64,000 nt of DNA, taken from Gordius albopunctatus (Eukaryota). The stretch covers positions 8,556,001-8,620,000 of the forward strand of contig OZ193910.1 in assembly GCA_964276515.1 (NCBI GenBank), read 5' to 3'. Made by a program: the position numbers and the translations under genes. The number at the start of each line of letters is the position of its first letter. Positions within the stretch are counted from its first letter, which is position 1. Below are positions 51,290-64,000 of the stretch, in pieces. Below the pieces are notes generated by a model. That model saw nothing but the letters and a program-made list of their open reading frames with translations. It was not told the DNA's origin and made no database searches.

Positions 51290-52511
51290 AACCAACCAGA
51301 TGCTCGATTCAGCCATGTCCACCTAGACATCGTTGGTCCCTTACCACCATCCAATGGTTACAACTACATTTTTACAGCCATAGATAGATACACCCGGTGG
51401 CCAATAGCAATACCTATATAGTACATTTTTAACACATTGGATAGCAAACTTCGGCGTGCCAAGCACTATAACTACCGACAGAGGATCGCAGTTTCGTTCA
51501 ACGCTATTCCGACAATTTTCCCAACTTCTTGGTTATCATCACATAACTACAACTGCCTATCACCCACAAGCCAATGGGCTGGTCGAACGTTTCCACCGTC
51601 AATTAAAGAGTTCGATCATGGCAAAAAACAACACTAACAAATGGTCCGAATCACTTCCGTTGATATTACTAGGCATTAGAACGACAATCAAAGAAGATCT
51701 AGCCTGTTCTAGTGCTGAACTAGTATATGAGACTACCTTACGGCTTCCGGACGACTTCATACAACATTCGTCACTCGACAGCAATGCTAGCGAGTTTGTA
51801 CAACGCCTTAGACAACATTTCGACAACGTACGTTTTTCACCACCACGTCAACCTAACACTAAACAACATATCCCTACCGATTTGTTTTCTACAGCTTACA
51901 TATTTATCAGAACTGATAAAGTTCGAAAAAGCTTATCCCCACCATATGAAGGCCCTTTCAAAGTTATTGATAGACAAACTAAATACTTTGTAGTAGACAG
52001 AAACGGGAAACATGATAACATTTCTATCGATCGGTTAAAACCAGCTTATACTGAATCCGTCAACCATACTGAACCACTTTTAAAAGGCCCGCTCATTCAA
52101 ACCAAACCTTCCACCTCTACGTCCACAACAACCTCAACTAACACTACAACAAATCATACAACAACAAAATCAGGACGAAAAGTGCATTGGCCAGTTAAAT
52201 TAGATCAATACCTTTATTTTTAGCACTCCTTGCAAACTGGAGGGGGAATTATATGGTTACCTAGGCAATTTGAATAAAGCAACTCGCATCGGTTACCTAG
52301 GAAAAAAACTTAACCTTTATTATTCAAGTATTCATACACCTTAATCATAAAAATGAATACATTCAAGTATTTGAATGTCTGACAATTCAACGTTATTATT
52401 CACACAAATAACCTCGCCAGATGTGTATATAAACGCGATATTTGAAAAGTATTTATTCATTTGTTTTGCTTTCTATTATTTGGAAATAAAATAGTTGTTT
52501 GTTCTCCTACA
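51290..52511 (+). mobile_element. Gypsy 3' fragment: integrase, PPT and probable 3' LTR
   Basis: TTDRGSQF, AYHPQANGLVERFHRQLK, PPYEGPFKV and ISIDRLKPAY. PPT GGAGGGGGA at ~52240, then an LTR-like segment with TATA and AATAAA ending CTACA. Confidence 0.88.
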
Positions 52512-52557
52512 TTTCTTTGTTTAATAAATACTATATTTATTTTACTATATAGGACTT

Positions 52558-55500
52558 AACACTACCTACGACGGTCCCAAGTCCGTGTGCAAAAAGTGGA
52601 GGGTTGGCGTCAGGTCGGAAACCGGCTATAAAAATCAACTCCAAAATTTATGATAGTTTCAAACGAGATTTTACAAGAAAAGGCTAGGGCGTCCTCCACA
52701 AACGACGCGCACTGCATACCCCGCCCGTGCAATGTGAAAAATACACTAGGGTTACTGCCCAACTCACAACGAAGGCGGTTAAGGAAACTAGTTGTGGAAA
52801 GAATGCGAATTACGTGCTGGAATGTGGGAACGTTGACGGGGAAGAGCATCGAGGTTGCACAGATGTTAAAAAGAAGAAAGGTACACATCGCCTGCCTACA
52901 AGAGACGAGGTGGAACGGAACGAAAGCTCGGGAATTAGGAGAAGGATACAAGCTTTTCTACAGTGGTTCACCAAATCATAGAAACGGGGTCGGTATCGTT
53001 CTAAGCGAATCGTTCAAGGACAAGGTGGTGGAAGTCAAACGTTGTTCCGACAGGCTAATGTGGGTGAAGATTGCAGATCAAGGGGGCCTCCTAACCGTTA
53101 TGTGCGCGTATGCTCCCCAAATTGGGTGTTCGGAATCAGAGAAAGACATATTCTTCGAATCATTGGAAAAGGAAATACAAGGAATCCGACAGGAAGAAAG
53201 ACTAATTATTGGGGCCGATTTCAACGCTCACGTAGGGAAAGATCGCCTCGGGTATGAACGCAATCATGGAGGCTATGGGCATGGTCTGAAGAACAAAGAA
53301 GGGGAAAAACTTCTCCAAGTATACCAAGCATATGACATGGCGATCGTTAACACCTATTTTCAAAAGCGCGAAGATCATATTGTGACCTATAGAAGTGGGA
53401 AGCATTTTAGTCAAATCGACTATTTGCTTATACGGCGAAAGGACTTATGGAGTATCAAGGATTGCAAAGTAATACCGGGAGAAGAGATCGCCAGGCAACA
53501 TCGTCCCCTTGTTATGGATCTTGACAGAAGAGTATTTCCCGAAAGAAGAAAGGTATATGAACCTCGAATTCGATACGAAAGGCTAAAGGATACGTCGACG
53601 AACGAAGAATAGCATCAAAAAGCCGCCTCACTCTTGGGTGCAATGAAGTTGCGAAGGGACGTAGACGACTATTGGGAGACGCTAACTAAGGACATAAAGA
53701 AAATAGCGATTCGTGTTCAAGGAGAGACCAAAGGAGACAAAGCTATGAATAGGGAAATATTGTGGTGGGATTAATCGGTAAGGGATTTCATAGAAGACAG
53801 AAAATCTATATACACGGTGGCATAGATCAAAAAATTTGGAGCAATATCAAGAGTATAAGGAGGCTAAGAGGGCCGCAAAAAAGGCCGTTGCAAAAACGAA
53901 GAATGCTGCGTACACCGAGATGGCAAACAAACTGGATCATAAAGGGGGCGATAGGCTTATGTACATATTGGCCAAGATAAGAGAGAAGAAAAGTCGAGAT
54001 GTCGGAGTTCTTAAAATAGTCAAAAGCGAGAAGGGTCAAACCCTTTTCAAGCCGAAGGAAGTGATGGAAAGGTGGAAAGGATATTTTAAGAAACTTATGA
54101 ATATTGCAAATGACAAGGATTCCCTTCCCGAAATTGAGCCAAATATAAGTATGGTCGAACTCTTTCAGAAGGATGAAGTTAGGACACAAATGAACAAGAT
54201 GCAGAAAGGAAAAGCAAATGGCCCAGATGGAATACCTATGGAAGCATTGCTCGGATGTCGTGAAGAAGGAGTCACCACCATGACGAACCTCCTTAACAAG
54301 ATATTGGTAGAAGAGCGAATCCCTAATCAATGGAGAGCAAGCACGATTATACCCTTATTCAAAGGGAAAGGAGACCCTCAGGACTGTGGCAATTACATAG
54401 GTATCAAGCTAACTTGCCACTCCTTGAAGCTTTTGGAAAGGATCTTAGTAACAAGGCTGAAAAACGAGGTGGAAATATCGGCGAATCAATTCGGATTCGT
54501 GGCCGGCAAATCCACAATCGACCCAATCTTCGCCCTAAGACAAATGATGGATAAGTATGGTGAAAAGAGGAAAGACCTACATATGGTTTTTATCGACTTG
54601 GAGAAAGCTTATGACACGGTCCCCCGCGATTTAATATGATGGTGCTTGAGGAAACAAAATATCCCTGACGCATATATACGGCTTATGAAAAATATCTATG
54701 AAGCCTCAAACTCTTGCGTTAGGACGACAGTTGGTGACTCTAAACCTTTTCGGGTTAATATTATATTACATCAAGGCTCTGCTTTAAGTCCCTTTTTATT
54801 TAATATAATTATAGACACGATAACGAGGGACTTTCAAAAGCCATCGCCATGGTGTATGCTATATGCCGATGATATAGTACTATGCGAGGAAACAAGGGAG
54901 AAGGTATTCGAAGAAGCAGAAAAGTGGTCAAAGCGCTTAGCTGGATATGGTTTAAAGGTCAACGATCGAAAAACGGTATACATGGAAATGAACAGTACAA
55001 GCACCCCATCGCTGGATGACCACCTAAAGTACCCAAAAGTAGACAGGTTTAATTACCTCGGCTCTATGCTACATCAAGAGGGAGGTTGCGCAACTGAAAT
55101 CAATGCCCGGATTCAAAAAGGATGGCTTAAATGGCGAAGTATATCCGGTGTAATGTGCGACAAGAAAATGCCAATATGGTTAAAGAGCAAAGCTTACAAA
55201 TCCATCGTAAGACCGGTGTTACTCTATGGAAGTGAAACATGGGCATTAAACACCACGGAAGGAAAGCTATTACAAGCCACGGAGATGAGAATGATACGGT
55301 GGAGCTTGGGGTATACTAAGCTCGACCATATGACGAATGACTTTCTCATGACAAAAATGGGTATTCAACCTATGGCGGACATGATTAACGAAAATCGGCT
55401 AAGGTGGTATGGGCATATACTAAGAAGGGACCCGGATGACGTAAATCGAAAAGTGCTAGACATGAAAATACCGGGGAAGAGAGGAAGAGGACGACCCCGT

Positions 55501-55641
55501 GTCACGTGGAAAAGGCAAGTCGATAAAGTTATGGAAACTAAAGAGATTCGTCAAGACATGGCACTAACCAGGTCAAGATGGAAGAGACTCATCAAAACAA
55601 ACCCCACCAATGTGGGACCAAATAACTGATAAAGAAGGAGA
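52558..55641 (+). mobile_element. Full-length defective RTE-clade LINE, copy 2
   Basis: Near-identical to copy 1 in the opposite orientation. It has its own 19-bp TSD, ATTTTACTATA(T/A)AGGACTT, at 52539-52557 and 55642-55660. Confidence 0.97.
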
Positions 55642-57354
55642 ATTTTACTATAAAGGACTTGAGCAGCAACAAGCGCGTCATTTAAGACAAGCGCTTTAAA
55701 AGAATTAAATAGACTGAAGTACCCACACCATTATAAAGGTCCTTCGCAAGACGCGCTTCCTTTATTTAAGGTCCCTTTTTTTACTATTTTCCTCCCCCAT
55801 GGTCCTAAATTATCGATAAAATTACTATCAGGTGGCCGCACTTGTTTTTATAAAAACGACATATGTGCCATATTTTCAAGTTACATTAACCATCACATTG
55901 ATGAAACAAATAAGGCATTAGGGCAGTGATACTTTTCACTATTTACTTAATGACAATAACATAACACCCCTAAGCCTATATATAGTCCATCAAGGTCTCT
56001 ATGAAAAAATAATACACTAGTGGTCGGTTTGTAACAGACCCACACTGAATGTATTCCCAAGAAGAGAAGACTAACAGTGTGGGTGTGGCTATTTTTATTA
56101 AGACTATAAGAGAGCACCTCAACAAACCGTAGGGCGCGCCTTCTAGCACGCCCTTCACAAAACTACAATGATTGCATATGAGCAAACAACAATTGCAGGA
56201 GGAACATCCATGAAGAATTTGGATTAACTTGTTTTGAAATCTTCAACGGTAGTTTTTAGCAAGCTTCTTTCATCGTCTTATTGCAACTTTAATTTTCGAA
56301 TCTTTAGGATTATAAAAGGCATTACTTAATGATAAATATCAATTTAAACTTTATAATTAACATTAGCTCTCTAAGACATGGGATCTTTATAATGAGGAAA
56401 ATTTGGATTAGAATGAGGAAACTTTTTGCCAGAAAGAAAAAACATTTTAGATTGTTACGGATCCTTTTCCTACAATTATTTTATTGGTTCAATAAATCCA
56501 AAAAGTTTTTCAGTCATGTAAAAATCAGGTAGCAACACTTATATATATTTATTGGCAAATTTTTGATGTGTAGCTTCCTCCTAAATAAACTCTAAGACTA
56601 CCTTTAAATTTGATCGTATGCAAAACGATTACAACAATGGGGTCATCTTCCGTTGCATTGAATAATGATGTGGAAAAACCGAGAAAAATCATAGTTTTGG
56701 AGACGGACGAGAATTTGAAAAATTGAGTTGAGATCGAGGCAACAATTTTGACCTAGAGACGAGAAGAGATTTTATATTCGAGATCTCAGCTTAAAACTTT
56801 CTTTATATGGGATAAGGAATACATAGAATAGAGTACAACTATTATAAGGAATTGGTAAATATATGTAATGTTAATGAAGGAATCTTTATTTAATATATGA
56901 TTGTGTGATTTAAAACTAAATATAATAAATGATAGCATATGATAACAATCATAATAGGATAGGCCGAGCCGGGAAGGGGCGTAAAAAAAGAACAAAGGAC
57001 AATTAATTTTATAAAAATGAATATGGAAAAAAAGAATATATATGGAAAAGAATACAATGATTAATGAGATGATAATGGGGAAATTCTTTTAGAATATAGA
57101 ATTGAGTGATTTGAAACTAAAGAAAATAAAAGATACTATATGATGACAATGGTAATAACTAAAGGCAGAATCCCGAAGCTACGATAATGCTACTGCTACG
57201 ATTTCCAAATTTCCATATGTTTTTTAATTTTAAAGTTTTATCATATCAGCGATAATATTATGGGGACTTGGTTCAGGCAGCACAGAAATAGGAGCTAAAA
57301 CCCGTCACGATCATCACATTTCGTTACTCTCGTCACGAAAACCATATGAAAATT

Positions 57355-57668
57355 AATATGGTGAAAGCATATATCTTAGATACTAGCTATATGTAGGTAA
57401 TTATTTAATAATTTGTAATCATCTTATAGATTTCTAAATAAATGGTGAAAGTATATATCTTAGATCCTAGCTATATGTAGGTAATTATTTAATAATTTGT
57501 AATCATCTTATAGATTTCATATATAATATTTGTAGACTGAAAGATTTCATAAAATGAGAACCAAAATTTTATTATAACTTTCTAAATAAATCATGTATAA
57601 AATATTTATTAAAATTCAGTGAACAATATGTATTATATATATTCAGTGAACAATATGTATTATATATA
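57355..57668. repeat. Local tandem duplications (about 85 bp x2 and 27 bp x2)
   Basis: ATGGTGAAAG..ATATATCTTAGAT...CTTATAGATTTC occurs twice, and ATTCAGTGAACAATATGTATTATATAT occurs twice. Confidence 0.85.
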
Positions 57669-57669
57669 A

Positions 57670-58260
57670 TTAGAGAGTAATATGTAAATAAACATTTCTT
57701 TCTCTGCACTTCATGTAAGAAGATATGTGTTTCAAATATGTTGATGCATGTATTTCATGATTTCTGTAATGATCTTGCAAATTTTTGATAAAAGTTTCCT
57801 TTTGTATTTCTATATTCGATTTAAGATTGATCATTTTCCCTTGATTTATCTTTTTGATGTTTGAGTCACTTTTTCGTTGTATTGTTTTAATCTGATCTAT
57901 GAACTCATAGATGTTAGGGTGGGGTTGTTTTATCATATGTTTTAATTTGTTGTGGAATCCTTCTATGTGATTATTAGTTCTTGGCAGACAATTTTCTTCA
58001 TATCTTCCCCACATTTTGTATTTATATTGGGCATCTTCTCCTACCCATACCTTATCTATATACTGTAATAATTTATATAAGGGTGAGTCAATGGATTGTT
58101 TGGCTTCTTGAACAAAACAAGAAAATTCTCTATGAACATCTTCTTCATTCAAAGCTTCTTAAAGTAACGTATATCCCTTTGCTGATTTTGTAATCAATAG
58201 CCAAGCCCAGAGACTTAGCCCTCTTGTATATCGCTTGGGTGAAATGAAAGAAATTACTTT
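57670..58260 (-). mobile_element. Mutator-like (MULE) transposase C-terminal fragment
   Basis: FHFTQAIYKR (~58230-58250, remnant of the CxFH motif) and PRTNNHIEGFHNKLK...HPNIYEFIDQIK. Confidence 0.85.
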
Positions 58261-58761
58261 GTCCCATATAACAAAAAGGTTAGCCAAAGTTGCCATCTAT
58301 AAGCGAAAAAATTTTTATTGAATGATAAAAATAATTCTTACAAAATTTTGCTATTGGATTAAAAATGTATTAATTTCTTGTTTGTCTTTTTAATTCATTT
58401 AGCTGCATTAAATTATTCATAGCTAATGGACTAATTTTCATATAAGATTGACTAATAACTAAATTGATGTTAAATATTATAATATAAATGGCAAGGGTTA
58501 ATATAAATTTAAAATTAAGCTGAATTAACTAAAATACCTTTGAAAGTTTCTTCTGGAATAATGCTTTTTTAAAATGAATTTCCTCTAAAAGATGACAGGT
58601 ATTTTTCAATTTTACCTTTCCTAATAAGATCATATATAACTTAGATAATAAGAGAACAAAGGACGATCAATTATATAAAAATTAATATGGAAAAAAGGAA
58701 TATATTGAATAGGACACAATGATTAAAATGAGATGAAAAATATATTTGATGATAATGTAGC

Positions 58762-58960
58762 AATCGGTTAGGGATTTCATCGAAAGAAAAAAAAACTATA
58801 TAGAAAGTGACAAAAATCATATAGGGACGCAAATAGAGCCGCAAAAAGACCGAAGCAATAGCGAAGAATGCTGCCTACACCGGGATGGCAAACAAATTCG
58901 ATCATAAAGGGGGCGATAGGCTTATGTACAAATTGGCCAAGACAACGGAGAAGAAAAGTT
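58762..58960 (+). mobile_element. Short RTE LINE fragment
   Basis: MANKFDHKGGDRLMYKLAK matches the full-length RTE copies. Confidence 0.85.
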
Positions 58961-59444
58961 GCAATAATATAGAATTTGTTTCCAATAATGGTAATGATGG
59001 ATTGAATTGGAAACAAATTCTATATTATTCAAAGGATTGGTTTTACATAATTATATTAGCTCATTGGCTTTTCTATTTATTTAAATATATCATAATAATT
59101 TTTGTAGAATTTTAAATATAAATTTATGCTATATTTAAAAAAAGCATTGTATAGGCGATTGAAAATTATAAGATAATAATATAAATAAGCCCCTAATATA
59201 ATTTAAAAAATAACACTCATTTGAAAAGGTGGACGATATTAGTATTAGCGCCATCTATAACTAATTTAAAATGGTGTATACATATTGGTAAAATGTTTTA
59301 TTTACAAGAATAACATAATTAATAAAAGATTGTAAAAAAATATTCAATAATAATTGTTATTGCTATTCTATAATTATTTATAATGAGACATGACTGATTA
59401 TAGATGAAATATTAAAATCCAGACTACAGCTAATGTTAAATTAA

Positions 59445-59521
59445 AATAAAACCCAATTAACATAAAACAAGCTTTTGTTAGCATAAAACCCAATTAACAT
59501 AAAACAAGCTTTTGTTAGCAT
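59445..59521. repeat. 37-bp perfect tandem duplication
   Basis: AAAACCCAATTAACATAAAACAAGCTTTTGTTAGCAT occurs twice in tandem. Confidence 0.9.
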
Positions 59522-59764
59522 TTCGGCGTAAAGAGGAATTTGATTAACCAAAATCATGAGTTAATTATAAAAATCAAAGAATGCCAACAAAAATATAAGT
59601 AAATTGTAGTTATCCAATAACAATTTAAAAATTAAAATGTCTAAATAATAATTGAAACTTGTATGCAAAATTCAAGTGAAAGTGATTTTTATTAGAGATT
59701 TGGTGTTGGAAATTAATTTAATTAGGTTAAGTTAAGGCTCTAGATTCTTAGCTTTAATATTTAT

Positions 59765-62338
59765 TGTAGAGAGGTAAAGTGCCTCCAGGGATACGATAGT
59801 TACCTGCGTGTTGATGTTATTTACATGCGCGTTGGCGATCAATTAGCGTTAATTGGTTGTAACATATAAAGGCGTTGGATATATACGCCAGCACACTTTT
59901 TCGTCGTGTTTTTGTATCACACCCCTAATAGTTTACGTGAATAAATATCAGCCCTTAACAGTGGCACCGGGACGAACCCGTGAGAACCTACGGGGAATTA
60001 TCCAGAAGAGGAGCTTCTATTGAAACATTTGATTTCGATAATCATTAAAAACGACAAGGAATTATTCGGAGGCGGAGATTCTATTGAAACATTTCTAATT
60101 CAATAATCGCTAGAAACGACATGGAGTTATTCAGGTTAGGAAATTCCATTGAAACGTTTCTAATGCAATTCGAGGTCAACGCCAAGGCACAATCAGGGAC
60201 GTCGTACGATACCCAGAAAACGTGCAGGTGGCTAAGTCCGTTATCGGCGGAGGCGTTTAAGGTTATCGCGGACGACGCGTACCCGGATAACCCGATCGAA
60301 TGGTCGTTCGAAGAAGCGACCAGGAGAGCGAAGAAGGTGTTCAAGGGGCAGACCGGCCCTCTGGCGCAAAGGTTCCGGTTCGGAAATGTTAGACAGATGC
60401 CCGGGGAAGAACTCATACGATATAGCCGAAGGCTAAAAGAGGCGTCAAAGGACTGCGGTTTTCAGCCCGGAGAATTATCGGCCAGAATTCTCGATCAGCT
60501 GATTTTAGGGCTCTACGACCCAACGGTGCAGGCTGCGTTGATGGCCGAAGAGGACCTCAAGTGTTACAAGGCCGTGGAGATCGCCCTAGGTCGGGAGGCA
60601 ATCGGTGAGGGCCTGAGGACAATGCACAAGCCAGTTGACGAGGCATTTGCGGTCGACGCGACGAGGACGGGCCCGAGTATGATCAGGTTCGGCCATGCGT
60701 TAGATATTATGACTATTGATGTATTTGTCAATAACACCTTAATAACTTTGCTTATGGACACGGGATGGGATCCACCGTTACAATCGTACCGGCCAACGGG
60801 TGGAAGAAACGCTTACCCGTGCAAGCAAACTCGACACATGCCGTGTATGCGTTTGGCGGCGAGGGGATAAAGATTATCGGGGACGTAACAGCCGAGGTCC
60901 GGCTGGTTCCCAACCGAAAGCGCCTGTCGATGCTGGTGGCGGATGTGAAGGGACCGCCGTTACTCGGGACGAACTGTATTAAAGAGTTCGGAAAGGACGC
61001 ATGGGAACTAGCCCGATGGAGTTCGCGAGCCGTCATGGAGCAATACGTTGTGAATTTCGTCGAGGAGAAGGTCCCGAAAGAGCCGAGACCTAGCGATCCC
61101 GTGAGTATCGGGATGCAAGATAGTCAAATGCATTCCTTTGGTGGGGGCCCAATGGGTAGGCCATCCGGTAGCTGGATTTTTCCACACGTCTTAATGCCGG
61201 GCCCAGTTTTCTCCCCCGACCAACAGCAACTCGGTTCGATGGGTCAGTTACCACAACAACCAAACAGCGTAGCACCGCCGCGAGGGGTTTCTAGGGATCC
61301 TGGCTTCTCGTCTCAGCAACAATCTGTAATCCCACTCAACCCCAATAAGACTCGCTCTAGGAATGCGAAATCGGACCAAGATCAAGGTCGATCCATGGCT
61401 GCCATCAAGGGTAAGGATGACGCAGTCATTGTTGTGGCGAGACGACCAAGCAAGCATGCGTTCCAAGTTACCGAAGAGGTACTAGAGGATACCGCGAACG
61501 CGTCCATCGCACGGAACGTTATACGACAGTACACCGCCAGCGATGGGACTTTACGGCAGCGCTGGGAGTGGATTAGGGGTACGCGCGGTACAACAATAGT
61601 AGTTGGTCCAAGGCTACGCTACAAAAAGTACCTAACTAAGCTGCACGAGTCAAGGGAAGTACCCAGAGAACCTAGCGCCACCCAGTGGAGAGATGCAAGA
61701 AGGGCGCAAGGGTTCGACGTCGGAGACCCAGTGTGGGTGCTTATGTTCCTGGAGCCCGATAAATGGGTGGAGGGCACCATTATTTCCAAGCGCGGGACAC
61801 ACTCGTTCGACGTTAAGGCCCTAGGGAGAAGCCACCATCGACATTTAGAGCAAGTTAGACGAAGGAAAATATTGAACTGGAGAATGGGCGGACACGAAAA
61901 TGGTTACCCGCACCGGGATACACTCGCGAACGGGTCAGGTGATGCGAGCCCTTACCAACGGCGTTTTGTCAGGGTTCCCTGCCAACGGTTCCGAATGTCA
62001 GTGCCGCTACAGGAGCGGGGTAACACAGTGTCGCTCCCATGGATCCGGAGCTTAACAACGCCCCGCCTGATGTTAGATACCCACGCCGGGTACGACAGGC
62101 CCTAAGCTACCTAAGGCCTTATCTTTGTGAAAAGGGGGAAACTGTAGAGAGGTAAAGTGCCTCCAGGGATACGATAGTTACCTGCGTGTTGATGTTAATT
62201 ACATGCGCGTTGGCGATCAATTAGCGTTAATTGGTTCTAACATATAAAGGCGTTGGATATATACGCCAGCACACTTTTTCGTCGTGTTTTTGTATCACAC
62301 CCCTAATAGTATACGTGAATAAATATCAGCCCTTAACA
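59765..62338 (+). mobile_element. Non-autonomous Gypsy LTR element (gag-protease, no RT or RNase H)
   Basis: 196-bp LTRs at 59765-59960 and 62143-62338 (3 mismatches), TSD TTTAT, PBS TGGCACCG and PPT GTGAAAAGGGGG. Encodes gag, protease LMDTG...LLGTN and the integrase C-terminal domain FDVGDPVWV. Confidence 0.93.
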
Positions 62339-62764
62339 TTTATAGTTTAGGTTGTTAAATCATTTAGAATTTTTATTTAAAAATACATATTTTGTGAAGG
62401 AGAGATAAAATAAATTAAAAGTTAAGAATTTTGAACGTTCATTAGTAAAAATATAAACAAATAATTTTTTTTAATTTAAACTAAAATTTGCTCTTATTAA
62501 ATAGTCGTTATAAATTAATTATTAAAATGTAATTTAAAAATGTTTACAAAATAGAAAAACATATCTTATTTGATGAAAATAATATAAATTAATTATAAAC
62601 ATCAATTACAGAAATGATTCATAATTTACTAAGGCAATATTAAATTTTATCATTGTTAAAAAATTCAATATAATACATTATTTATATTTTATAACAAATT
62701 ATCTATAAAATAAGAATAATAATGTAATTTTGGTATTTTCAATTAAAGAATTTTGCAATATTTT

Positions 62765-63584
62765 GTAAGCGTCTGGGATAACGCCTGCAGAAGGAAGATT
62801 GGGGCGGAAAATTCGAACCAAGTGGGAGGTGTTACGGCAAATCGAACCGCAACATTGGACGGAGAGCGGAAAATCGCGAACGTACGACGTCGGAGACCCA
62901 GTGTGGGTGCGTATGTTTCTGAGGCCCGATAAATGGGTGGAGGGCACCGTTATTTCCAAGCGCGGGGCGCGCTCGTTCGATATTAGTGCCCGAGGGAAAA
63001 GCCATCATCGGCATTTGGACCAAGTAAGATCAAGAAAAATATTGGACGGGAGATTGGTGGAACATGAAAATGGATGGCCGGACCGGAATACACTCGCGCG
63101 ATCGAGTCCCGTTGCAAACGAGCCAATAGATGCAAGCCCCTTACCAACGGTGTCCAGTCAAAGTTCCCTGCCAATGATTCCCAATGTCAATGCCGCTACA
63201 GAAGCGGGTAAACACAATGCCCTTCCCATGGCTCTGGAGCTAAACAACGCCCCGCCTGAGGTTAGATACCCGCGCCGGGTACGACATCCCCCAAGCTAAC
63301 TAAAACAGTAGCTTTGTGAAAAAGGGGGGGGGGGGGTGTAGAGAGGTAATAGCAGTGCGAAGGGCCTCCGTGGATACGTTAGTTACCATTGTGTTGTCGT
63401 TGTTTACCCGCGAATAAATCAAATTATCGTTACCTAAGTGTTGTCGCTATTTACCCGTGTGTTGTTAATCAAATTAGCGTTAATTGGTTGTAACGTATAT
63501 ATGAGTTTGATTACACGTCTGACTCACTTTCTATTATCCCGAGTTAAAGCCTTGGAGTAAATAAAGAGTTTCCCCGGCTTAACA
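62765..63584 (+). mobile_element. Gypsy 3' fragment: integrase C-terminus, PPT and 3' LTR (63337-63584)
   Basis: MGRKIRTKWEVLR..YDVGDPVWVRMFL..KWVEG..HHRHLDQVR. The LTR has TGTAGAGAGGTAA...TTAACA ends, like the two related elements. Confidence 0.9.
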
Positions 63585-64000
63585 TGTTGCAGTTCTTTTT
63601 CACGGTGGGAAGGGGATAGTTTTTTTTCCCAAGGCAAGACATTGACGCGAGTATCCACAGTATACGCAAGGTGCGCCTATAGCTGATGTGTCATTAAAAA
63701 ATCTTAAGAAATTAAGAATCCACAATAACAGTGAATATATTAATTTATAGCAATTATCATCATGTAGTTCTTCCTCTCTCACACGTCTGCCTTTTTTGGC
63801 AAACTATCTTTTTAGGCAAATGAACTCTACAATTATTCTCGTCTCCACTACAGGGCGGTACTGGTCCCATTGTATGTCAAATGCAATAAGCTTAATAACT
63901 TCATCCCCTACCCTTTAACCTAGCTTAAATGTCAAATTAACCGGTAAAGAGATTCTACAACTTACCCAAATAAAAAATTACCCTCATTTTATCTAAGATT

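Noticed and set aside
53610..54639. Programmed readthrough or an alternative genetic code to explain the shared RTE stops
   Set aside because: All three stop types plus a frameshift are involved, and host genes end in standard TGA and TAA. Mutation is the simpler explanation.
43101..55641. Giant TIR transposon carrying TMX1
   Set aside because: The inverted arms are LINEs, each with its own TSD, and no TSD flanks the whole unit.
56990..58740. Direct repeats (~80 bp) around the MULE fragment as element ends
   Set aside because: MULE ends are inverted. These diverged AT-rich copies look like a separate dispersed repeat.

Overview
This is AT-rich eukaryotic DNA, most likely from an invertebrate animal; the species cannot be named from the sequence. 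Five conserved spliced genes can be reconstructed, many with very short (33-40 nt) GT-AG introns: AP3M (5' part only), RPS21, AP2S1, WDR33 and TMX1. They lie among many mobile elements. These include two near-identical full-length RTE LINEs in inverted orientation around TMX1, three related Gypsy LTR elements plus other Gypsy fragments, CRE-clade LINE fragments, a tRNA-derived SINE with a target-site duplication (TSD), two non-autonomous Helitrons, several MITEs and a MULE transposase fragment. The most unusual feature is a ~3.1 kb retroelement at 27421-30563 (minus strand) with uninterrupted ORFs. It has a Gag/core-like ORF overlapping an RT-RNase H ORF whose motifs look hepadnavirus-like or DIRS-like. 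No protease, integrase, endonuclease or tyrosine recombinase is visible. It carries a 130-bp TATA-containing direct repeat and ends in a highly structured GC-rich 3' terminus. A diverged relative at 5853-6136 shows it belongs to a family. All protein assignments come from motif recognition by eye, not database searches.
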